From assembly GCA_041752695.1 (NCBI GenBank), contig JBGSVZ010000028.1, forward strand, positions 11,299 to 75,298: a stretch of 64,000 bases of DNA, read 5' to 3'. This document shows, in pieces, positions 7,917-16,780 of this stretch. A model generated the notes under the pieces. That model was not told the origin of the DNA and did no database searches. It worked only from the letters and a program-made list of their open reading frames with translations. The stretch's first letter is position 1, and the number at the start of each line of letters is the position of its first letter. The position numbers were made by a program, and so were the translations under genes. The DNA is from Terrimicrobiaceae bacterium (GTDB taxonomy: Bacteria > Verrucomicrobiota > Verrucomicrobiia > Chthoniobacterales > Terrimicrobiaceae).

Positions 7917-9582
7917 GCCTAAGAAAGTTGGAAAAAAAATTCCCGCTGGAGAGACGCGGGTCGTCGCGTCTTCCGAAGGGGGAAGCGGCGAGGCCCCGCC
8001 GCCCTCCACGGGCCTGTCCGCTGCCCGGGCCGCCCGCCCGCCTGTGGTGCGCATGGTGCGCATTCACGAACTCCTGTCGGCAGGCAAATACCCGAACTGT
8101 TCCAAGCTGGCTCGGGAGTTCGAGGTTTCCGGAAAAACCATCCAGCGCGACGTCGAATTCATGCGCGACCAGCTTGCCCTGCCCATCGAGTATGATGGAG
8201 CGAGGCACGGGTATTTCTACGCGCATGCCGTGGCGCAGTTTCCCATGATCACCGTGAGTGAAGGCGAGTTGGTCGCCCTGTTGGTGGCGCAAAAGGCGGT
8301 CGAACAATACCGAGGCACGTCGTTTGAGAAACCTCTGCATGCCGCCTTCGAAAAGCTGGTCGCCAGCCTGGGCAACGAAGCCAGTGTTTCCCTCCACGAA
8401 TTGTCCGAGGCCGTGTCTTTTCGTGCCGCCGGCGTGCCCCGTTCCCAGATTGAGATTTTTGAACTGCTGGCGGATGCGGTGATGACAAGTCGGACGGTGG
8501 AGTTTGACTATCTTTCTCTCCGGGCCAAAACCCGCGAGCGCCGCCGCGTCGACCCCTACCACCTCGCGTGCATCAGTAATCAATGGTATCTGATCGCCAA
8601 CGATCAGGCGCGCGACAGTCTTCGCACCTTTGCCCTGACCCGGGTCGAGAAGGCGAAAAATCTGGGCCTCCCGTTTGAACGCCCAGCCGATTTTTCCGCC
8701 GCGAAAATGCTCTCGGGGAGTTTTGCGGCTTTCGAGGCGGGCAAGACCGAAACCATTCGGATCCTTTTCGACGACTTTGCAGCGAGGCTGGTGGCCGAGC
8801 GGCAATGGCACAAATCCCAGGCGCTGCGCACTTTGCCCGGCGGCGGCGCGGAATTGACCATGCAAGTCGGTCTCGCCCCCGATCTGGAGAGTTGGATCCT
8901 CGGCTGGGGCGGACATGCCGAAGTGCTGGAACCGGCGGTGCTGCGGGAAAAGATTGCGGAAGCCGCCGCGGAAATGGCGCGCCGTTACGTGGAGGGCACC
9001 GGGCCCTTGGTGCCGAAAACTGGGGCGCAAGGGCCTGCGCCCCTCCAGACCATTTCTTCCGTGGAGGGCACCGGGCTCTCGGTGCCCATGATATCCAGGA
9101 CGCGAGGGCCCGCGTCCCTCCGAGTCGGCCGCCGTCACCCGGCCCACCATCCTCCCATCGAGCGTCACAACGAAGCGATTATTCTTCTCGTCACGGTCTG
9201 CACCAAGGACCGCCAACCCATTCTCGCCAATCAGGAGACTTTCGACCTGCTCCATCACGCCTGGGCCGGGGCGACCTCCTGGCATGTGGGGCGATTTGTT
9301 TTAATGCCCGATCATCTTCATCTTTTTTGCTCTCCGGCCGAAAGTCCCGCCCGCCCGGTAAAACAATGGGTGAGGCTTTGGAAAGCGTCGGTCTCCCGCC
9401 TCTGGCCACGGCCCGCCGAACAACCGGTCTGGCAGGTGGACTTTTGGGACCGGCAGCTTCGGAAGGACGAACACTACGCGGAGCGCTGGGAATATGTGCG
9501 CAATAACCCCACGAGGGCAGGCCTTGTTGCCACCGCGGACGCTTGGCCGTGGCAGGGGGAGGTTCACGAATTGCGGCTCTGA
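7915..9582 (+). CDS. HTH-WYL-WCX transcriptional regulator in frame with a C-terminal RAYT (HUH Y1) transposase
   Basis: wHTH (LAREFEVSGKTIQRDVEFMR), WYL core (RRVDPYHL...QWYLIA...RTFALTRV), WCX (WILGWGGHAEVLEPAVLRE); no stop codon before MPDHLHLF and WEYVRNNP; exact start uncertain (7915-8053). Confidence 0.85.
   Translation: MPKKVGKKIPAGETRVVASSEGGSGEAPPPSTGLSAARAARPPVVRMVRIHELLSAGKYPNCSKLAREFEVSGKTIQRDVEFMRDQLALPIEYDGARHGYFYAHAVAQFPMITVSEGELVALLVAQKAVEQYRGTSFEKPLHAAFEKLVASLGNEASVSLHELSEAVSFRAAGVPRSQIEIFELLADAVMTSRTVEFDYLSLRAKTRERRRVDPYHLACISNQWYLIANDQARDSLRTFALTRVEKAKNLGLPFERPADFSAAKMLSGSFAAFEAGKTETIRILFDDFAARLVAERQWHKSQALRTLPGGGAELTMQVGLAPDLESWILGWGGHAEVLEPAVLREKIAEAAAEMARRYVEGTGPLVPKTGAQGPAPLQTISSVEGTGLSVPMISRTRGPASLRVGRRHPAHHPPIERHNEAIILLVTVCTKDRQPILANQETFDLLHHAWAGATSWHVGRFVLMPDHLHLFCSPAESPARPVKQWVRLWKASVSRLWPRPAEQPVWQVDFWDRQLRKDEHYAERWEYVRNNPTRAGLVATADAWPWQGEVHELRL
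7985..8008 (-). repeat. Single REP in the 5' part of the WYL ORF
   Basis: GCGGCGAGGCCCCGCCGCCCTCCA. Confidence 0.7.
8990..9122. repeat. Four tandem REPs (two doublets) forming the in-frame WYL-RAYT linker
   Basis: Copies at 8990-9014, 9022-9047, 9062-9087 and 9098-9122 in alternating orientation; they translate as VEGTGPLVP...VEGTGLSVP...TRGPASL. Confidence 0.92.
9088..9582 (+). mobile_element. rayT: REP-associated tyrosine transposase (RAYT/TnpA-REP, IS200/Y1 HUH superfamily) domain
   Basis: VTVCTKDRQPIL, HUH motif MPDHLHLF, WQVDFWDRQLR, catalytic Tyr in YVRNNP, WPWQ; REP doublets on both sides; optional internal ATG at 9088. Confidence 0.9.
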
Positions 9583-9585
9583 AAC

Positions 9586-9646
9586 TGGAGGGTGCCGGGC
9601 TCTCGGCACTTCTCGATTCAAGGATGCGAGGGCCCGCATCCCTCCA
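9586..9646. repeat. REP doublet just downstream of RAYT, followed by decayed CCCTCC(A) fragments to about 9730
   Basis: TGGAGGGTGCCGGGCTCTCGGCAC (9586-9609) and GGATGCGAGGGCCCGCATCCCTCCA (9622-9646). Confidence 0.9.
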
Positions 9647-9792
9647 GGGGGGATCAGGGACGCGACGTTTACCCTCCTTCGGCGGCTCCGGAGGCGACCA
9701 GGGGCGGGCGTCCCTCCAGAATTCCCTCCATTTTTACCCGAACGCATCGTTTTGCTTGATGCCGGACGGGGAAAACAGGAAAACCTTGCGCC

Positions 9793-10338
9793 ATGACCGT
9801 AACCGCCGATCCGACAGCCGCCGCCGAGCGACAGGCTGACAAGGTGACGCCGGATTTTGAGGCGGAGATCGACGAGATCGTCACGCATTACCCGGTGTCG
9901 AAACGCAGTGCCTCTTTGCCCCTGCTGCACTACTGGCAAAATCACTTTGGCCATGTGGACGACAGCGGCATCGAATGGATTGCAGGCAAGCTCGGGCTCC
10001 AGCCGATCAACATCTATGAATTGGTCACCTTCTACCCGTGGTTTCGCCGGGAGGCGGCGGGCAAGACGGTCATTCGGGTCTGCCGCACGCTGGCCTGTGC
10101 CATGGCGGGAAGTTACGACGTGAAGGAAAAATTCTGTCAGGCGGTGGGGATCGACCCCCATCACGAACACCATGGTTTTGGCACCGCTCCGCCGACTGAC
10201 TCCGACGGCAAGTTCAGTGTGGAATTTGTCGAGTGTCTCGCCAGTTGCGGCAGCGCGCCCGTCGCGTTGATCAACGACACGTTGTACGAAAAGATCACGC
10301 CCGAATCCGTCGCGGGCATCGTAAAGGACTTGAAATGA
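9793..10338 (+). CDS. nuoE: NADH-quinone oxidoreductase subunit E (2Fe-2S)
   Basis: SASLPLLH, ELVTFYPWF, CRTLAC and ECLASCGSAP cysteine ligands. Confidence 0.93.
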   Translation: MTVTADPTAAAERQADKVTPDFEAEIDEIVTHYPVSKRSASLPLLHYWQNHFGHVDDSGIEWIAGKLGLQPINIYELVTFYPWFRREAAGKTVIRVCRTLACAMAGSYDVKEKFCQAVGIDPHHEHHGFGTAPPTDSDGKFSVEFVECLASCGSAPVALINDTLYEKITPESVAGIVKDLK

Positions 10339-11702
10339 TCGCCACCGCCAAACCCTTTGTCATGCCCGAGGCGCACCCCAAGGAGCGTCGGATCATTTTC
10401 GAAAATCTGAGCATCCCCGGCTACGATGCCTCGATTGAGACCTACCTGAAGCACGGCGGTTACGAGTCTCTAAAAAAGGCCGTCACGATGAAGCCCTCGG
10501 AGATCATCGACACGATCAAGGCTTCCAATCTCCGTGGCCGCGGCGGCGCGGGTTTCCCCTGCGGTGCGAAGTGGAGCTTCATCAAATACGATGACGGCAA
10601 GGATCATTACATCGTCGTCAATGGCGACGAGTCGGAGCCCGGCACGTTCAAGGACCGCTACATCCTGCATTACGATCCGCATCAGTTGATTGAAGGCCTC
10701 GCCATCTCGGCCTTCGCGACCAACACGCATCTTTGTTACATCTACATCCGCTGCGAATTTCCCGAGGCGGCCAGGATCGTATGGAACGCCATCAAGGAGG
10801 CCCGCGCGAAAGGTTTTGTCGGGAAGAATATTTGTGGGTCCGGGTTCGACGTGGACATGTACGTCCACCAGGGAGCCGGCGCATACATCTGCGGTGAAGA
10901 AACCAGCTTGCTCGAGTCGCTCGAAGGCAAACGCCCTTATCCGCGCATCAAACCGCCCTATTTCCCCGCCGTGCTCGGCCTCTACATGAAGCCGACCATC
11001 GTGAACAACGTGGAGACCATCTGCCATGTGAAGCACATCCTGCGGATGGGGCCGGAAGAGTATGCCAAGATGGGCACGCCTGGCGATGGCGGCACGCGAA
11101 CCATGTGTGTGAGCGGTGACGTGATGAAGCCGGGCTTTTACGAATTACCAGCCGGTGCGGTCACGCTGGGTGAATTGATTTACGACATTTGCGGCGGACT
11201 CAAACCCGGACGGAAATTAAAGGCCGTCATTCCCGGCGGCAGTTCCGCCAAGGTGCTGCGGGCCGACGAGGTTTATAAAATCAAGGTCAAGGGCGCCGAC
11301 GGCCAGATGGTCGACAAGGAGCTCAAGATGCTCGACGTCGTGATGGATGCCTCCAGCCTCGCCGCGGTTGGCACCATGGTGGGATCCGGTGGCGTGATGG
11401 TCATGGATGACACCCGCGAGATGGTCTGGGCGCTGAATAATCTGAACCAATTTTACGCCCACGAAAGCTGCGGACAGTGCACGCCCTGCCGCGAAGGCAG
11501 TCTCTGGATGTCAAAGATCACCACCCGCATGCTCGACGGTGGCGCGGCGGATAACGATCCCAAGACCTTGCAAAATGTCGCCGACAACATCGCGGGGCGC
11601 ACGGTCTGCGCCTTTGGGGAAGCCTGTTCCTGGCCGACCCAGAGTTTTCTCGCCAAATTTCCGGAGGAGTTCGAAGCCCTCGCGGCGGGTGAGAAAAGTT
11701 AG
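10335..11702 (+). CDS. nuoF: NADH-quinone oxidoreductase subunit F (FMN, 4Fe-4S)
   Basis: LRGRGGAGFP, NGDESEPGTFKDR, GAGAYICGEET, HESCGQCTPCREG; ATGA overlap with nuoE. Confidence 0.95.
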   Translation: MIATAKPFVMPEAHPKERRIIFENLSIPGYDASIETYLKHGGYESLKKAVTMKPSEIIDTIKASNLRGRGGAGFPCGAKWSFIKYDDGKDHYIVVNGDESEPGTFKDRYILHYDPHQLIEGLAISAFATNTHLCYIYIRCEFPEAARIVWNAIKEARAKGFVGKNICGSGFDVDMYVHQGAGAYICGEETSLLESLEGKRPYPRIKPPYFPAVLGLYMKPTIVNNVETICHVKHILRMGPEEYAKMGTPGDGGTRTMCVSGDVMKPGFYELPAGAVTLGELIYDICGGLKPGRKLKAVIPGGSSAKVLRADEVYKIKVKGADGQMVDKELKMLDVVMDASSLAAVGTMVGSGGVMVMDDTREMVWALNNLNQFYAHESCGQCTPCREGSLWMSKITTRMLDGGAADNDPKTLQNVADNIAGRTVCAFGEACSWPTQSFLAKFPEEFEALAAGEKS

Positions 11703-11773
11703 ACGGGGAGGCGGGCGTCGCGCTGTTGTGATGATGCCCATCCCCTGAGCGGGGATGAGATATTCAAGGTGCC

Positions 11774-13198
11774 ATGGAATCTGAGACTCTGATGCCCGAG
11801 GCGGCCTTACCGTGGTGGCTTCGTCCGGCTGGCTGGCGGGGGTTGGCGGTAATTTTGCCCGTGGTGGTGGCGATTCATCTGTTGGCCGCGGCGGTGACGA
11901 TCCGGCATTCCAATCAGGATTCGACGGCTTCGGATCAGGGCGCGGAAATGTGGTTGGCCGCGACGGCGCGCGGCGATCTGCTGCCGCAGCGGACAGACGG
12001 GGTGCGTCATCCGCTATTCTCGTGGGTGGCGCGAAATTTTTACACGGAGGACAAGGCGGAATTTTTTGCGCGCGGGAAGTGGTTAAACACGGCTCTTTGT
12101 GTCGTATTCCTCGGCCTGCTGGGGGCGGCGGTGGCGCGGTGGCTGGATCCGCTGGCGTTGGCGAATCTCCTGTTCCTGGCAAGTGTGGGCATCCTGTTGG
12201 TGCGCGGGACGTATTTTCAACCGGAGCCGCTGTATTACACCACGTCGTTTCTGGCAGCAGTGCTGGCGTGGCGGCTGTTGGGGGGTGGTTCGTTATGGTT
12301 GTGGGCGATGTTCGGGGTGGTGTGCGGACTCGCCTATTTATCGAAACCCTCGCTGCAACCTCTGCTGATCGTCTTTTGCGCGGCGTTTTTTTTCCGGGCC
12401 GCGCTGGCCCTGCGCGGGTCGGGATGGAGGGTGTCGGCCAATCTGGGCGGACTGGCGCTGGTCCTCGGGATTCTGGGCGTAATGCTGGTCCCGTTGGCCA
12501 TGTTCAGCGCGTCCCATTTCGGCAAGCCCCTCTTTAACTACACAAAGTATTGGATGTGGATGGACGATTTTGAGACGCAGGCCTGGCCGTTTCAGGACAA
12601 ATACCCGGGGGGCGTGCAGTTGAAGACCCTGCCCCCGGAGGAAACGCCTTCTTTGGGCTGGTATTTCCAGCGCCACAGCGCGGGGGACTTTGTCGGCCGC
12701 CTGACCGAGGGGATGCAAGGAGTGACGGTCAGGTTTTTTTTCCCGGAACAGAAGGTGAAGGTCGGGGCATTTTTCTGGCGCAAGGACGGCAAAAAATGGG
12801 AGCAACCTCTGGCTCATCGCGGGGTCTATGTGCTTGCGCTCGCCGGGTTGGTGGGCGGACTGGCCGTGGCGGCTCGCAAGTCCTTGGGGGATGTGCTGCG
12901 AAATCCGGATGCGTGGGCAAGGACGGCATTCGTGCTGATGGTCGCGGGAATTTACATCGGGTTGTACGGCTGGTACTGGCCCATCGGGAAGGGGGATCGT
13001 TTCATGGGAAGTCTCTGGATTCCCTGTGTCTTCCTGCTGATCTGGCTGGCACGGCATCTGCGGGAGCGTCTTTCTGAGGCGGCGGGGAACTGGGCCTATC
13101 TCGGCGTGCACACGGCGGTACTGGCTTCGGTTTTATTGCAGGCAGCCGGGATGTTCTGGAAGTTCCACCACGGGATGTATTTGGTGACGAAAAATTGA
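11774..13198 (+). CDS. Polytopic membrane protein, possible GT-C (ArnT/PMT-like) glycosyltransferase
   Basis: Many hydrophobic segments; early loop Asp (ASDQG), QPEPLYY, GLAYLSKPS, late DRF motif; family call is tentative. Confidence 0.6.
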   Translation: MESETLMPEAALPWWLRPAGWRGLAVILPVVVAIHLLAAAVTIRHSNQDSTASDQGAEMWLAATARGDLLPQRTDGVRHPLFSWVARNFYTEDKAEFFARGKWLNTALCVVFLGLLGAAVARWLDPLALANLLFLASVGILLVRGTYFQPEPLYYTTSFLAAVLAWRLLGGGSLWLWAMFGVVCGLAYLSKPSLQPLLIVFCAAFFFRAALALRGSGWRVSANLGGLALVLGILGVMLVPLAMFSASHFGKPLFNYTKYWMWMDDFETQAWPFQDKYPGGVQLKTLPPEETPSLGWYFQRHSAGDFVGRLTEGMQGVTVRFFFPEQKVKVGAFFWRKDGKKWEQPLAHRGVYVLALAGLVGGLAVAARKSLGDVLRNPDAWARTAFVLMVAGIYIGLYGWYWPIGKGDRFMGSLWIPCVFLLIWLARHLRERLSEAAGNWAYLGVHTAVLASVLLQAAGMFWKFHHGMYLVTKN

Positions 13199-13205
13199 GG
13201 GAGGT

Positions 13206-13232
13206 GGGACGCAAGGGCCTGCGTCCCCTCCA
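13206..13232 (-). repeat. Single REP
   Basis: GGGACGCAAGGGCCTGCGTCCCCTCCA, intergenic. Confidence 0.82.
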
Positions 13233-13282
13233 GGTTGCAAAAGTGCTTGGAGACCGGGGCGCGGGCTGGCAGGGTGCCGCGC

Positions 13283-14506
13283 ATGCAAGACGGGGAAAGC
13301 AAAGGATTGCTGGCATGGTGGAATCGCACGCCGCTTTATCTACGCATTGTCGGGGGCATGGTGCTGGGGGTGTTGGTGGGAATGGTGTTGGGACCGCAGG
13401 CTGCGCCGCTGGCAATTCCCAGCAAATTGGTGCTGCGTTTGCTTGGTGCCCTGGCTCCGGCGCTGATTCTTTTTGCGATCATGCAGGCCATCATCAAGGC
13501 CACCTTCGAGCCCGGCACCGCGCCCCGCCTGGTGCGGTTGCTTATGCTGAACACGCTGGTGGCCATCGCGGTGGGTCTCGCGGTGGCCAACGTCATCCAA
13601 CCCGGCCGCGCGGCGCCGTTGGAAAGACCTGCAGGGGAAGTTTCGGAGGTGAAGGTGGATATTCTGCACCAGTTTCTCGAAAACGTGCCGAAGAGCCTGT
13701 TGGGCCCCCTGGGGGATGAGGGCAAAGTCATCGGCGTGATTTTTATCGCCATCGCCTTCGGCATCGCGCTGCGGCGGAGTTCGAAGAAGGATGCGGTCGT
13801 GCCGTGGGTCGATCTTGGACTCGACACGTTGATCATCATTTTGCACTGGATAATTGCGGTGGTGCCGCTGGCGGTCTTTGGGCTGGTCGCGAGCATCATC
13901 GGCACGAAAGGGTTTGGTGCCTTCATTGCGCTCGGCGCGTTCGTGGTGGCGGTCCTGGTGGCGCTGCTCATTCAGGCGTTGTATTACCTGATTCGGGTGC
14001 GGTTTTGTTCCTGGGTGCGTCCTCTCGATTTGCTGCGGGGATGCCGGGACGCTTTGGTGATGGCATTTTCCACGGGAAGCTCCACCGCGACGATGCCCGT
14101 GACTTTTGAATGTCTGAAAAACCGGGTGGGCCTGCGCGAAAAATCCGCCAGCCTGGGGGCGCTGCTGGGGGCAAATTTTAACAACGACGGCACGGCGCTT
14201 TATGAGGCCATGGCCGCGCTTTTTATCGCCCAGTTGCTGGGGATCGAATTGACCCTGACCCAACAGTTCATGGTGGTTGTCACCTCCGTGATTGCTTCCA
14301 TCGGCGCGGCGGGCATTCCCGAGGCGGGGCTGGTCACCATGACCCTGGTCTTCAGCGCGGTCGGTTTGCCGATTGAATACATCGCTCTCCTGCTGCCCGT
14401 GGATTGGTTCCTCGACCGCTGCCGCACCGCGATCAATGTGATGGGGGACATGAACGTGAGCTGCATCCTCGACGGTAAGACCCGCGAGGTGCGGGTGGCC
14501 GTTTAG
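13283..14506 (+). CDS. Dicarboxylate/amino acid:cation symporter (DAACS, GltP-like)
   Basis: AFSTGSSTATMP, GANFNNDGTALY, SIGAAGIP, DWFLDRCRTAINVMGD. Confidence 0.92.
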   Translation: MQDGESKGLLAWWNRTPLYLRIVGGMVLGVLVGMVLGPQAAPLAIPSKLVLRLLGALAPALILFAIMQAIIKATFEPGTAPRLVRLLMLNTLVAIAVGLAVANVIQPGRAAPLERPAGEVSEVKVDILHQFLENVPKSLLGPLGDEGKVIGVIFIAIAFGIALRRSSKKDAVVPWVDLGLDTLIIILHWIIAVVPLAVFGLVASIIGTKGFGAFIALGAFVVAVLVALLIQALYYLIRVRFCSWVRPLDLLRGCRDALVMAFSTGSSTATMPVTFECLKNRVGLREKSASLGALLGANFNNDGTALYEAMAALFIAQLLGIELTLTQQFMVVVTSVIASIGAAGIPEAGLVTMTLVFSAVGLPIEYIALLLPVDWFLDRCRTAINVMGDMNVSCILDGKTREVRVAV

Positions 14507-14559
14507 CGGGCGGATATTTTCATCGCGTGCCGGCCTGCCAGGCTTTATGAGGTGGGTTT

Positions 14560-15054
14560 ATGCAAGCCCTTCGCATTCTCTCCGTCGCCCTGCTTTTCGC
14601 CGCCCTTGCGGCCTGCGCCACCACGGCTCCCAAACCCTCCGGCCCGCCCACGGTTGTGCTGGCCAAACTCAAGGCGATGGATGTCAACAGTGCCACCTAC
14701 GCCAAGATCGAAAATCACCGGGTGCTCACTTATGCGGATATCTATGGGTTGGTGAAACAAGACGTTCCGAATCCGGTCATCCTCACTTATCTGCAAAGCA
14801 CGCACGCTCCTTATACCCTCACAACGAGCCAACTCGAGGCACTGGATGATGCCGGAGCCAGTCCGGAACTGGTCAATTACCTCGGCAAGTCGGTGGGCTA
14901 TTTTGAGGCGACGGAACGCAGTCAGACCGGCGGGGCGGGCCAATGGAAAAAGAATCCGTATTTTAACGACCCCTATTACCTTGGCGTCTCGCCGTTTGGG
15001 TACGGATGGCCCGGAGAGTGGTATGACTCTGGCTGGGTGGACGGCGCGTTTTAG
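14560..15054 (+). CDS. Hypothetical lipoprotein
   Basis: Lipobox LAAC; aromatic/Gly-rich C-terminal tail. Confidence 0.7.
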   Translation: MQALRILSVALLFAALAACATTAPKPSGPPTVVLAKLKAMDVNSATYAKIENHRVLTYADIYGLVKQDVPNPVILTYLQSTHAPYTLTTSQLEALDDAGASPELVNYLGKSVGYFEATERSQTGGAGQWKKNPYFNDPYYLGVSPFGYGWPGEWYDSGWVDGAF

Positions 15055-15128
15055 CGGATGATCCTTCCGCTCCTGGACCGAAAACGCCTCTCCGCACTGG
15101 TTGGTGGCTGTCGGAAAACAAGAAAGGG

Positions 15129-15179
15129 GGAGGGATGCGGGGCCTCGCATCCCCGGCGGCAAGGGCCTGCCGCCCTCCA
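15129..15179. repeat. REP doublet
   Basis: GGAGGGATGCGGGGCCTCGCATCCC (15129-15153) and GGCGGCAAGGGCCTGCCGCCCTCCA (15155-15179). Confidence 0.87.
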
Positions 15180-15236
15180 GACGGAGACTTCCCGGAGAGT
15201 TTCCTGTGGCGGGTCATCGGAACCGCGTCTTTTGGC

Positions 15237-16211
15237 ATGATTGCCGCGCGGTTGCACGGGTTCGGCAAGGCGGCCGAGGTGTTGCGGGTGGAAAAGATTC
15301 CTTTCCCGGAAGTGCAGGATGACGAACTGCTTCTCGAAATGCTGGCCGCGCCGGTGAATCCGGCGGACCTGAATGTGATCGAGGGAAAATACGGGGAGCT
15401 TCCCGCGTTGCCGACGATCATTGGCAACGAGGGCGTCGGGCGCGTGGCCGGTTTGGGCCGGGCGGTGCGGGGGTTTGTCCTCGGGGACCTTGTTCTTCCC
15501 ATGGCGCGGGCGTCTTGGACGAGTCACCTCACAGTCGCGGCCACCCGGGCGGTGAAGTTGCCTCCATCGCTGGATGTTTTTCAGGCGGCCATGCTGGCGG
15601 TGAATCCCCCCTCGGCACTGGGCATGTTGGAGGATTTTGTGGCGCTGGAGCCGGGTGATTGGGTGGTGCAGAATGCGGCTAACTCCGCGGTCGGACGCTG
15701 TGTGATGCAGATCGCGCGATCCCGGGGGTGGCGGACTCTGAACGTGGTGCGGCGGCGGGAACTCGTGGACGAACTCAGTGAGCTCGGAGGGGACGCGGTC
15801 GTTTTGGAAGATGTCGAGCTTCGGGCCGTGGCGTCCGAAGTTTGCGGGGGAAAGCTTCCCCGCCTGGCTCTAAATGCGGTGGGCGGGGCCAGTGCCTTAA
15901 ATCTGGCCAACGCCCTGGCGGATGAAGGCACCCTGGTCACTTATGGGGCGATGGGCCGACAGCCATTAAAAATTCCCAATGGGCTCCTAATTTTTCGCGG
16001 CTTGAATTTGCGAGGTTTCTGGCTACGACGTTGGATGCACGAGGAAAAGCGGGCCCGGCAGGCGCTCGGAGCCCTCGCGGAATTGGCGGTGGCGGGCAAC
16101 CTCAAGATGCCGGTGCACCGTGTGTTTGGCCTCTCCGAGGTGCAGGCTGCGGTGGAGGAGGCGGGGCGCGAACAGCGTTCCGGCAAGGTCCTCCTCGATC
16201 TCCGACGGTAA
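15237..16211 (+). CDS. MDR-family 2-enoyl thioester reductase (MECR/Etr1-like)
   Basis: AAPVNPADLNVIEGKY, GNEGVG, VNPPSA, QNAANSAVG, VTYGAM, GFWL. Confidence 0.88.
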   Translation: MIAARLHGFGKAAEVLRVEKIPFPEVQDDELLLEMLAAPVNPADLNVIEGKYGELPALPTIIGNEGVGRVAGLGRAVRGFVLGDLVLPMARASWTSHLTVAATRAVKLPPSLDVFQAAMLAVNPPSALGMLEDFVALEPGDWVVQNAANSAVGRCVMQIARSRGWRTLNVVRRRELVDELSELGGDAVVLEDVELRAVASEVCGGKLPRLALNAVGGASALNLANALADEGTLVTYGAMGRQPLKIPNGLLIFRGLNLRGFWLRRWMHEEKRARQALGALAELAVAGNLKMPVHRVFGLSEVQAAVEEAGREQRSGKVLLDLRR

Positions 16212-16258
16212 GAAAAATCCATTGCAGAATTTGCTCCGCCGTCCATTTTAGGACGTTT

Positions 16259-16780
16259 ATGCAAATTTCCAAAATCGCCCTCTTTGCCAGTCTTCTCCCA
16301 ATGGCTTCGATCTTTGCCGGAACTCCCGTGCCGGTGGTAAACCCGGGCTTCGAAGAGGGAAAAAAGGCGTGGACCGATGACAAAGGAACCTCCGCGGTGA
16401 CCAAGGAGGCCGCTCATTCGGGCAACGCGGGGTTGCGCGTGGTCGATCCCAATCTCACCGATTACAATCGCGTGGTGTCCGAGCCCATCAAAATCACGCC
16501 GGGAAAAACCTACCGTCTGGACATGATGGTCCGACAGGTGCAGAGCCACGGGGTCAACGGGATCTTGTGGTTCCTCGACGCGGAACAGGAGATCATCCCC
16601 TGGCCGGATGGCTCCCGTTTGCTGATCCGTCCGGCGGATGAAGCCACGGGCTGGGAAAAGCTGGGCGTCGAAGGCAAGGCTCCCGCCAACGCGGTGTATG
16701 CGCAGATTCATATCCAATCCAATCGCATGGCGGCCGCCACGGTGGATTTTGATGATGTCACGCTGACGCAGCTCGACTGA
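16259..16780 (+). CDS. Secreted carbohydrate-binding (CBM4/9-like) domain protein
   Basis: Signal peptide; VNPGFEEG...W, AHSG..GLRV, PGKTYRL, VDFDDVTL. Confidence 0.72.
   Translation: MQISKIALFASLLPMASIFAGTPVPVVNPGFEEGKKAWTDDKGTSAVTKEAAHSGNAGLRVVDPNLTDYNRVVSEPIKITPGKTYRLDMMVRQVQSHGVNGILWFLDAEQEIIPWPDGSRLLIRPADEATGWEKLGVEGKAPANAVYAQIHIQSNRMAAATVDFDDVTLTQLD

Noticed and set aside
7915..8988. WYL gene as a marker of an anti-phage defence island (BrxR/CapW-like)
   Set aside because: No restriction, BREX, CBASS or toxin genes flank it. The architecture and operator fit DriD/PafBC-type regulators better.
8990..9122. Possible mini-CRISPR array (repeated GTGGAGGGCACCGGGC)
   Set aside because: Units alternate in orientation, spacers are only 7-14 nt, matching palindromes are scattered between genes, and no cas genes are present. 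They are REPs.
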